This document shows, one piece after another, positions 1-7,296 of a DNA stretch of 64,000 nucleotides; positions within the stretch are counted from its first letter, which is position 1, and each line of letters starts with the position of its first letter. A model generated the notes under the pieces. The model saw only the letters and a list, made by a program, of their open reading frames with translations. It made no database searches and had not been told where the DNA came from. This DNA comes from Candidatus Nanopelagicales bacterium (lineage in GTDB: Bacteria; Actinomycetota; Actinomycetes; S36-B12; CAIYMF01), in assembly GCA_039812125.1 (NCBI GenBank), contig JBDHZV010000002.1, forward strand, positions 1,877 through 65,876. Direction: 5' to 3'. The position numbers were made by a program, and so were the translations under genes.

Positions 1-1097
1 CACAGCCCGCCGGTCCGGGCCAGCCCGATGAGCGTCGTCCACGTGCCGTCCGCGGCGAGCTCGGGCCAGAGCTCCAGCAGCCTGCGGCCCAGCCAGTCGG
101 TCGCGTCGGCGAGGTCCGGGGCGGCATCCACGACGCGCAGCTTCACGGCCCGGCCGGTGTCGTCGCGCACGACCTGGACCACGAGCCAGGGATCCAGGTG
201 CAGCGCCTGCAGGGCGGTGAGCCACCACAGCTCCGGATCGCGGGGACGTACCTGGGGCAGGGCGAGCCGGGCGACCCGGGTCACTGCCGCGCAGATGGCA
301 TCGCGCTGGGCACCGGTGAAGCCCCGGGCCTCGTCCCAGCTCAGGCCGACCACGCCAGCGACCGGGCCGTCGGGCGGATCCAGCACGACGGGGATCGCAG
401 CCGAGGCGCCGTACCAGGCCGCCACGCCGGCGACTGCCGGGAACTGCCGCAGCCGGGTGGCGCGGTCGACGTGGAACAGGGCGCGACGGTCCAGCACGGC
501 GCGCACCATCGGGAGCTCGCGCGAGGGCGGCATCGTGCGCCAGGCGCTGATGACGTCGGCCGGGACCCCGACCTGCCCGACAAGTCGCAGCGCCCCGTCC
601 AGCTCCGTGCGGTACAGCGTGACCTGAGCCACGTCATGGCTGGCCAGGACGTCGGCCAGCAGCTGTGCCGCCTCGTCGCCGTCTGCCGCGGCCCCGGCCA
701 CCGAGTCCAGCACCGTGGCCGCGACACGACCGCGCACCTCGACCGAGGACTGCAGCGCGCGCCACGCCGGCGAGGGGGCCCGGGACGCCGGGATGCGGCC
801 GGTCAGCACGTCGACGGCTCCCGGGGAGATCGCCGCCTGCTCCGGTGAGGCCAGCGCCACGACCATGCTGGCGACCTCGACCAGCCGGGCGTTGTGCTCC
901 TGGGACAGCCTGCGCAGCTGCAGGAACGCCTCGTCTGCGCTGATGCCCTCACGCTCCATGAGGACACCCTTGGCCTGCTCGATCACCGCCCGCAGCTGGG
1001 CGGAGGCGCGCAGCCCGGCGAGCTCGTCGCGCAGCGTTGACACGGTCACCTCGAGGGACTCGCCCCCGGTCTGCACGGCGCTCGCGCCCCCGCTCAT
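1..1097 (-). CDS. ANTAR domain regulator with GAF-like and PAS-like C-terminal regions (3' end runs off the window)
   Basis: My own translation of the reverse strand from the ATG at 1097 gives MSGGASAVQTGGESLEVTVSTLRDELAGLRASAQLRAVIEQAKGVLMEREGISADEAFLQLRRLSQEHNARLVEVA, a classic ANTAR helix pattern. This continues into about 290 more aa of globular, GAF-like sequence. It is missing from the ORF track because there is no stop inside the window. Confidence 0.6.
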   Translation of the reverse strand, partial: MSGGASAVQTGGESLEVTVSTLRDELAGLRASAQLRAVIEQAKGVLMEREGISADEAFLQLRRLSQEHNARLVEVASMVVALASPEQAAISPGAVDVLTGRIPASRAPSPAWRALQSSVEVRGRVAATVLDSVAGAAADGDEAAQLLADVLASHDVAQVTLYRTELDGALRLVGQVGVPADVISAWRTMPPSRELPMVRAVLDRRALFHVDRATRLRQFPAVAGVAAWYGASAAIPVVLDPPDGPVAGVVGLSWDEARGFTGAQRDAICAAVTRVARLALPQVRPRDPELWWLTALQALHLDPWLVVQVVRDDTGRAVKLRVVDAAPDLADATDWLGRRLLELWPELAADGTWTTLIGLARTGGL

Positions 1098-1426
1098 CCG
1101 GCCCACCCCTCGCGGTGCTCACCCAGATACCCTGGGTTCGGCCTGATGGCCCGTCCGGTGCGCCGCGCCCGACGCACCGGTACCGGTCCCCGTGGAACCG
1201 CGCCCGTCCGGCAGGAGCGGAACCATCGATCGCCTCGACCAGCGTTGAGGCTCCATCGTGCCATCGTCCCGGTGACCCCACAACATGGTCCGATACGCGG
1301 CTTGTGGGACCAAGGTCCGCCCAGGTCGGGCCGATCGCGGGGCGACGCCGGGGTGACGCCGGGCGACGATCGCTGCAGAACAGGGCGTCCGCCGGCCGCG
1401 GCGCCCCTCCGGAGGAGGTGGTCCAG

Positions 1427-1921
1427 GTGCACGGCGATCCGATGCGCCCCGGCATCCCCCTCCCGGCTGCGCCGCGCCCCGGCGCCCACGACGACACGGC
1501 CGGCGCGGCCCCGACCAACCAGGGCCCACCCGAGCCCCGCTCGCCGCGGGAGCCCGCCCGGGGCCGGACCGCAGCGCCCTCGCTGGGCATGCCCCTGGCG
1601 CCCGACGCCGATGCCGAGCGCACGGTCGTCCTGGTGGTCCACCGCGACCAGGCTGCCGTCGAGGCCCTGGCCCACGCACTGCGCCTGGAGGGGTTCACCG
1701 TCGAATGGGCGGGAAGCCCGGCCGTGGCCTGCGCCCTGCTCGATGACCTGGATCCGCAGCTGGTGCTGGCCGATCCGGTCACGTGCGGAGCGGCCGGGTA
1801 CGGCGAGCTGCGCACCCGGTGCCGGGTCCCTGTGGGCATGCTGGGCACCGAGTCGCTGCCGGGCACCATGCGGCTGCTCGGGGAGGTGCCGCGTCCGCGG
1901 CGCCGGGGCCCGGCCGACTAG
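1427..1921 (+). CDS. Hypothetical protein: Pro-rich N-terminus plus a degenerate receiver-like segment
   Basis: This is the C-terminal part of ORF 1037..1921. GGAGGAGG at 1411-1418 precedes GTG codons at 1418/1421/1427. The segment TVVLVVHRDQAAVEALAHALRLEGFTVEWAGSPAVACALLDDLDPQLVLADPV resembles REC beta1-beta3 but lacks the acidic DD pair. The start is uncertain. Confidence 0.3.
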   Translation: MHGDPMRPGIPLPAAPRPGAHDDTAGAAPTNQGPPEPRSPREPARGRTAAPSLGMPLAPDADAERTVVLVVHRDQAAVEALAHALRLEGFTVEWAGSPAVACALLDDLDPQLVLADPVTCGAAGYGELRTRCRVPVGMLGTESLPGTMRLLGEVPRPRRRGPAD

Positions 1922-3582
1922 GGCGAGGACGGCTGATCCGGCGCGGGCGGCCGGGCCGAGCGACGGCGGCGGCGGGCCCGCCTCAGCAGCACCACGACGA
2001 GCGACACGACCAGCACGAGGACTGCCAGGGTCGCGCCCAGCGACATCACCAGCCACCCCAGCAGCCCCAGCCGGGCTGCGTCGTGCTCCGGGGGGACCGG
2101 GCTGTCGGCCACGGCACCTGTCGGCCCGGCGGACACGTCGATGACGACGGCCAGCCCGGCATGGTCGCTCGGCAGGCACACCCCCCGGCCCGTGACCGGG
2201 TCGGCCAGCCCGGCGTCGGCGAGGAGCTGCGAGGAGCGCTGCGTGGTGGCGACCTGCTGCGGGGCGTCGCAGGACCAGGTCAGGCCCTGCGGCCACTGGT
2301 TGCCGACCAGCTCCGCCCGGGTGGGGTGGGCTGCGTTGCGGGTCAGCACGTAGTCCAACCGGTCGGTGAAGCCGGCGGGGTTGCCCTGCTCCAGGGCCAC
2401 CCGCAGCCGGTCGGGATCCGGTCCCGCGAGATCGGCCGCGGCGCCCCAGGTCCGGTTGGCCGCCGCCAGGGAGTCCGGGCCGGCATCCTGGTAGCCCGCC
2501 TGGACCAGCGTCCAGTAGGCGCTGCAGGTCGGATCGGCCGTGGCCGGGGTGGGTGCGGGCACCTGCGGAGGGCACGCCGCGCCAGCCTCCGGCTGACCCC
2601 CGGGGTTCGGCGAGCCCGGCGGTCGCGGGTCGCGTGGGTCGGAGTTGAGGTCCCCCATCACGACCAGGGGCAGCGTGGTCGTGGCCAGGTCCGCCACCAG
2701 TTGGCGCGCCTGGGCGGCCGCCGTCACCTCGCCCTCGGGTGCCCACAGCGACTCCAGGTGGGTGGCCACCAGGCGGACGGTCGTCCCGGCGACCGCCAGG
2801 TCGGCCCACGCGTAGCCCCGGTCGATCTGGAACGCCACCGGGACGACGGCGTAGCGGTCGTCGTACTCGCCGGTTCCGACGCGCAGCACCTGGTCGCGCA
2901 GGTCGGCACGGACCAGGACCGCGTCGGCGATGGTGAACCCGCATGCCGCGCTGTCCCGGCCGAACAGCGGCTGGAATGTCGCCGGGTCCGTGACGGTGGT
3001 CAGCCAGGGGATCGGCGGGATCTCGTAGCCCGGGTTCAGCGCAGCCGCGTCAGCCGATCCGGCGACGACGTAGCCGACGCCGGCGGCCTCGGTGGCGGCC
3101 AGGAACAGCTGGGTGAAGTCCAGCACGGTCACGGGGGATCGCCATGGCGCTGGCCGGCACGACCAGGTGGTCGCCTCCTGCAGCGCGATGGCCTCCGGCC
3201 GGACCGCGGCCGCCTCCTGCGCGAGCAGGGCCATCCGTTCCGCAGCGTCGGTGCGGGCGACCTGCTCCCACATGGTCTGGGCCGCTGCCGGCATGTCGGG
3301 CAGCAGGTCCAGGGCGACGCCGACGTCGGCGCCGAGGTACAGGTTGCGGGTCATCACGGTGATGGTCGGGTCGCCGGCCCGGTCCGGCGCGGGGGCGCGC
3401 GTGGTCGGCGCGGCGAGGGGAGGGGCCGCCGCCCCGGCGGGCACTGCCAGGGCCAGGCAGGCCAGGGCCAGGCTGGTCAGGGGCCGGCAGGTCAGGGGCC
3501 GGCAGGTCAGGGGCAGGCAGGTCAGGGGCAGGCGGGCCAGCGCACGGGCCGCTCCGGCCGCCCGCCAGTGTCCTGCTCGCAT
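1918..3582 (-). CDS. Endonuclease/exonuclease/phosphatase (EEP) family protein with a signal peptide and a C-terminal TM anchor
   Basis: ORF 1918..3738 trimmed to the ATG at 3582 (MRAGHWRAAGAARALA...). It has an EEP-like opening ITVMTRNLYLGADVG and later GDLNSDP. The C-terminus has a hydrophobic helix LGATLAVLVLVVSLVVVLL followed by RRARRRRR. Confidence 0.65.
   Translation of the reverse strand: MRAGHWRAAGAARALARLPLTCLPLTCRPLTCRPLTSLALACLALAVPAGAAAPPLAAPTTRAPAPDRAGDPTITVMTRNLYLGADVGVALDLLPDMPAAAQTMWEQVARTDAAERMALLAQEAAAVRPEAIALQEATTWSCRPAPWRSPVTVLDFTQLFLAATEAAGVGYVVAGSADAAALNPGYEIPPIPWLTTVTDPATFQPLFGRDSAACGFTIADAVLVRADLRDQVLRVGTGEYDDRYAVVPVAFQIDRGYAWADLAVAGTTVRLVATHLESLWAPEGEVTAAAQARQLVADLATTTLPLVVMGDLNSDPRDPRPPGSPNPGGQPEAGAACPPQVPAPTPATADPTCSAYWTLVQAGYQDAGPDSLAAANRTWGAAADLAGPDPDRLRVALEQGNPAGFTDRLDYVLTRNAAHPTRAELVGNQWPQGLTWSCDAPQQVATTQRSSQLLADAGLADPVTGRGVCLPSDHAGLAVVIDVSAGPTGAVADSPVPPEHDAARLGLLGWLVMSLGATLAVLVLVVSLVVVLLRRARRRRRSARPPAPDQPSSP
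3476..3535. repeat. 15-bp tandem repeat x4 (gtcaggggccggcag), in frame inside the signal-peptide region of the EEP gene
   Basis: Direct reading finds units at 3476-3490, 3491-3505, 3506-3520 and 3521-3535 with 1-2 substitutions. On the minus strand they translate as LPLTC LPLTC RPLTC RPLTS. Confidence 0.9.
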
Positions 3583-3727
3583 GGTCGGACCGTAGGCCAC
3601 CGCGGCCCCCGACGGGCTGCCCACCCCGCGGTCGCGGTCGCCGTCGCCGCCGTGGCCGCCACGCTGAGCCGTCACCCCCGTGGCGGCTGGCGGCCCTATG
3701 CTGCGGGTCTCGTCGGAAGGAGCACGC

Positions 3728-4207
3728 ATGTCGGACATCGATGCGCTCGTCGACCTGGCCGCCCGGGTCGCGGCCTACCGCGCGGCCACCGAGGAGTTCC
3801 TGGCCGTGGCCTCGGGCCTGGGCCAGGACCAGCTCGACAGCGTGCCGCCGGAGGCCGAGGGGTGGACGCCCCGGATGGTGGTGCACCATCTGGCGGACTC
3901 CGAGACGACGTCCTACGTGCGGCTGCGTCGGCTGCTCGCCGAGCCTGCGGGGACAGTGATCCAGGGCTACGACGAGGTGCGGTGGGCGCAGGTGCTGCAC
4001 TACGACCGCCCGGTGACGACGTCCCTGGCGGTCGTCCGCGCGGTGCGGGAGTCCAGCGCCGAGCTGCTGGACACGCTGTCCCCGGCGCACCTGCAGCGTC
4101 GTGGGCTGCACACCGAGTCGGGTCCGTACACGCTGGACGACTGGCTGCGGACGTACACGGCCCACCCCCGCGACCACGCCCAACAGATCCGCGCGGCGTT
4201 GGGCTGA
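3728..4207 (+). CDS. DinB-family (four-helix bundle, metal-binding) protein
   Basis: ORF 3680..4207 trimmed to the ATG at 3728, which is preceded by GGAAGGAG. WTPRMVVHHLADSE and YTAHPRDHAQQI give the His-containing helices typical of DinB_2-like proteins. Confidence 0.65.
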   Translation: MSDIDALVDLAARVAAYRAATEEFLAVASGLGQDQLDSVPPEAEGWTPRMVVHHLADSETTSYVRLRRLLAEPAGTVIQGYDEVRWAQVLHYDRPVTTSLAVVRAVRESSAELLDTLSPAHLQRRGLHTESGPYTLDDWLRTYTAHPRDHAQQIRAALG

Positions 4208-4277
4208 GGTCGCCGCCCGCCTCCACCGCCCACCGAGCCCCAGCCCAGCGCCGCGGGCTGGGAGAGCCGGCCTGGCC

Positions 4278-5081
4278 TCAGGCGGCCGTTGGCGTGACCG
4301 GGGTGGCGGCTGGTTGGCGGCCCTCCGGCAGCATCATGAGGGATGCGACCAGGAAGCAGGCGGCCCCCAGGAACGTGCCGCCGTTGGCCCACTGCAGGTT
4401 CACGAGGTCCCCGTCGGCCGTCACGTACGCCCCGACGGCCGAGACGCCGAAGAAGACCGATCCCCAGAGGTTCAGGGCGGTGATGTGCCAGTCGCGCTTG
4501 CCGGGACGCCATGAGAACCAGCGGTGACCGGCCTCGGCGAACGCGATCGCCGAGGAGACGAGGAAGCAGACCGACCCGATGGCATCGGGGCGCCACACGA
4601 CCCGGTCGACGGAGTCCGCCGGGACGTCGAGCAGCCCGGCGAAGGTGGTCGCGTTGAAGTAGAGGGTCCCGACGAACTGGATGAGCGTGGCCCAGTAGCC
4701 CATGAGTCGCGGTGTCCAGCCGAACCAGCGGTGACCGGCCTGGCGCACGACCTGGGCGTAGCTCAGGTACGCCGCGGTCGTGAAGAAGATCGACCCGATG
4801 AAGTACGTCATCGCCGTGGCCCGAGGCCCCACGGCTGCGTCATAGGCCGGGATCGGGCCGATGAGGAAGCAGGTGGAGCCGATGGCGAACAGCACGCCGA
4901 TCCACCAGGTGAGGGTCCGCTCGTCGGCCTTGCGGGACTGGCGGGCATGCCAGTGCCGCACGACGCCGTCGCGGTCCCGGAACGTCACGTGCGTGACGAA
5001 CGGGCGCGGACCCTCGACCTGGATGTCGGTCGCTCCGGCGGGCAGTCGGATCGGCAGCTGCCGGGACGATGCGGACCTCAA
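4278..5081 (-). CDS. Polytopic membrane protein with an internal duplication (YrhK-like)
   Basis: ORF 4278..5081 has about 6 predicted TM helices and two repeated halves, each containing GHRWF(G/S)W. Its TTG start overlaps the glutamate decarboxylase stop (TTGA at 5078-5081), which suggests co-translation. Confidence 0.6.
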   Translation of the reverse strand: MRSASSRQLPIRLPAGATDIQVEGPRPFVTHVTFRDRDGVVRHWHARQSRKADERTLTWWIGVLFAIGSTCFLIGPIPAYDAAVGPRATAMTYFIGSIFFTTAAYLSYAQVVRQAGHRWFGWTPRLMGYWATLIQFVGTLYFNATTFAGLLDVPADSVDRVVWRPDAIGSVCFLVSSAIAFAEAGHRWFSWRPGKRDWHITALNLWGSVFFGVSAVGAYVTADGDLVNLQWANGGTFLGAACFLVASLMMLPEGRQPAATPVTPTAA

Positions 5082-6472
5082 TGCCGGAACGACTCCGTGT
5101 GGCTCGGGTCAGCGGGCAGCTTGTCCGACAGGCCCTCCAGGAACTCGGTCGCCCGACGCAGGTCCTCCAGGAACAGGTCGGCGAGGTCGCGTCCGAACCC
5201 GTTGCGCACGACGACCCGCAGCCCGGACAGGTCTGTGAGGTTGTCCGGCAGCGAGTACGCGGGGACCTGCCAGCCCCGCTCGCGCATCTTGGCCGAGACG
5301 TCGTACACGGTGTAGTTGGTGACCTCGGGCTTGAGGCGGAAGAAGAAGACGGGCAGCTCGGAGCCGTCGGACAGCAGCTGGTAGGGGCCGAACTCGGCGA
5401 TGGCAGCGGACATGTACAGCGCGGTGTCCCGGCAGGACTGCTGGATCGCGCGGTAGCCCTCACGGCCGAGGCGGATGAAGTTGTAGTACTGCGCGATGAC
5501 CTGGGCCCCGGGCCGCGAGAAGTTCAGCGCGAAGGTGGGCATGTCGCCGCCCAGGTAGTTCACGTGGAACACGAGGTCCTCCGGCAGGTCCTCCGGCGTG
5601 CGCCAGATGACCCATCCCACTCCCGGGTACACCAGGCCGTACTTGTGCCCCGACGAGTTGATCGAGCGCACCCGGGACACCCGGAAGTCCCACTCCAGGT
5701 CCGGGTCGATGAACGGAGCGACGAAGCCGCCCGACGCGGCGTCCACGTGGACCGGAACATCCGGGCCCCCGGATGCCGCCAGCGCGTCGAGGGCGTCGGA
5801 GATCTCCTTGACCGGCTCGTACGAACCGTCGAAGGTCGAGCCGAGGATGGCGACCACCCCGATGGTGTTCTCGTCGACCAGCTTCAACGCCTCCTCGGCG
5901 TTGAGCTGCAGGCGGCCCTCCTCGATGGGCGCGTAGCGCGGCTCGACGTCCCAGTAGCGGCAGAACTTCTCCCACACGACCTGCACGTTGATGCCCATGA
6001 CCAGGTTGGGGCGGTCGGTCGGCAGCCCGGCGGCCTCGCGGCGCTGCCGCCAGCGCCACTTCAGGGCCAGCCCGCCGAGCATGACGGCCTCGCTGGACCC
6101 GGTCGTGGACGTCCCGGTGGCGTTCTCGTGGGCGGGGGAGTTCCACAGCTCGGAGATGATCCGCACGCACCGGCCCTCGATGGCCGCCGTCTGGGGGTAC
6201 TCGTCCTTGTCGATCATGTTCTTGTCGAGGGTCTCGGCGAACAGCCGATCGGCCTCCTCGTCCATGAACGTGGTGACGAACGTGGCCAGGTTCTGTCGCG
6301 AGTTGCCGTCCAGCATCAGCTCGTCGTGGAGCAGCCGGTAGGCGACGCGGGGATCGAGTCCGTCGTCGGGCAGGCGGTCCTTGGCGATCGAGATGGACTC
6401 ACCCGGACGGGCGTAGACGGGGGCGATGGCGAGGCGTTCGAGCTCGAGCAGCTCCTGCGAGTGGATGGCCAT
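5078..6472 (-). CDS. gadB: Glutamate decarboxylase (PLP-dependent)
   Basis: The 464-aa ORF contains NSRQNLATFVTTFMD, TGTSTTGSSEAVMLGG and the PLP-lysine motif SINSSGHKYGLVYPGVGWVIWR, which are characteristic of bacterial GAD. Confidence 0.95.
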   Translation of the reverse strand: MAIHSQELLELERLAIAPVYARPGESISIAKDRLPDDGLDPRVAYRLLHDELMLDGNSRQNLATFVTTFMDEEADRLFAETLDKNMIDKDEYPQTAAIEGRCVRIISELWNSPAHENATGTSTTGSSEAVMLGGLALKWRWRQRREAAGLPTDRPNLVMGINVQVVWEKFCRYWDVEPRYAPIEEGRLQLNAEEALKLVDENTIGVVAILGSTFDGSYEPVKEISDALDALAASGGPDVPVHVDAASGGFVAPFIDPDLEWDFRVSRVRSINSSGHKYGLVYPGVGWVIWRTPEDLPEDLVFHVNYLGGDMPTFALNFSRPGAQVIAQYYNFIRLGREGYRAIQQSCRDTALYMSAAIAEFGPYQLLSDGSELPVFFFRLKPEVTNYTVYDVSAKMRERGWQVPAYSLPDNLTDLSGLRVVVRNGFGRDLADLFLEDLRRATEFLEGLSDKLPADPSHTESFRH

Positions 6473-6524
6473 GGCCGCACGCTACCGGCGGGGACCGACA
6501 TGTGGGTAGTCCAGCGTGCAACCA

Positions 6525-7199
6525 TCAGGTCAGATGCTTGGTGGCCTCGCGGACGGACAGCCCAGCCATGCGGTCGCGGTTGGCCGCGACGAACGCCCTG
6601 ACCACATCCGGGTGCGTGCGGGCGGCATCGCGCAGCGCCCACCCGATCCCCTTGCGCAGGAAGAAGTCCCGCTGCGCGAGGTTGGCCCGGCAGGCGGCCA
6701 GGAGCAGGTCGAGGTCGAGGGCCTCGCGCCGGCCCACCTGGAACACCAGGGCGATCCGGCGCGCCCACAGCTCGTCGTCGTCGGCCCACGCCGCGATCGT
6801 GGGGTCCCACCCGGGTCGCAGCAGGGCGGTCCGGCCGATCACCCCTGCCCAGGAGTCGACGGTGTCCCACCAGGGCACCTGCAGGGCCAGGGCGCGCAGC
6901 GTCCCCAGCGCCGAGCCCGGGAGGCAGCGCCGGTGGCGGTCGACCAGGTCGACGGCCACGTAGGACAGCTCCCGCTCCGGGGCGCCCACGAGCTGCTCGG
7001 CGATGGACAGCAGGTCCACGGCGTCGGGGCCGGGGTCCACGGACCGGATCCAGGCTCGGGTGGCGGCCCGACGGGCCGGAGCGCCCACCCCCAGGAAGGG
7101 GGCCACGTGCTTCATGTAGGCCGCCATGGCGGGGGCGCGGTCGGGGTCGGCCACCCGGGCGAGCATGGATCGCACCTCGACGACGGGATCGGCCACGCC
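6525..7199 (-). CDS. DNA alkylation repair protein (AlkD-like HEAT-repeat family)
   Basis: The C-terminal 225 aa of ORF 6525..7397 contains YMKHVAPFLGV, LWARRIALV and RDFFLRKGIGWALRD, typical of the DNA_alkylation family. The start is set at a GTG near 7199 to avoid the divergent M13 peptidase gene. The start is uncertain. Confidence 0.65.
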   Translation of the reverse strand, partial: GVADPVVEVRSMLARVADPDRAPAMAAYMKHVAPFLGVGAPARRAATRAWIRSVDPGPDAVDLLSIAEQLVGAPERELSYVAVDLVDRHRRCLPGSALGTLRALALQVPWWDTVDSWAGVIGRTALLRPGWDPTIAAWADDDELWARRIALVFQVGRREALDLDLLLAACRANLAQRDFFLRKGIGWALRDAARTHPDVVRAFVAANRDRMAGLSVREATKHLT

Positions 7200-7296
7200 G
7201 CGATGCTGCCACGCCCTGGGCTCGCCGCGGGGCCCATCGGGCCGGTGTCGGGGGGTGGTGGCAGACTCGCGCCCACGCCACGACGACAGGAGGAGC

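Noticed and set aside
1094-4527. Very long ORFs 1094..2944 (-), 1783..4527 (+), 3050..4183 (-) and similar
   Set aside because: Their composition is dominated by Arg/Pro/Gly/Ala with no recognisable motifs, which is typical of off-frame or antisense translation of GC-rich coding DNA. They overlap ORFs that have clear family signatures (EEP protein, DinB).
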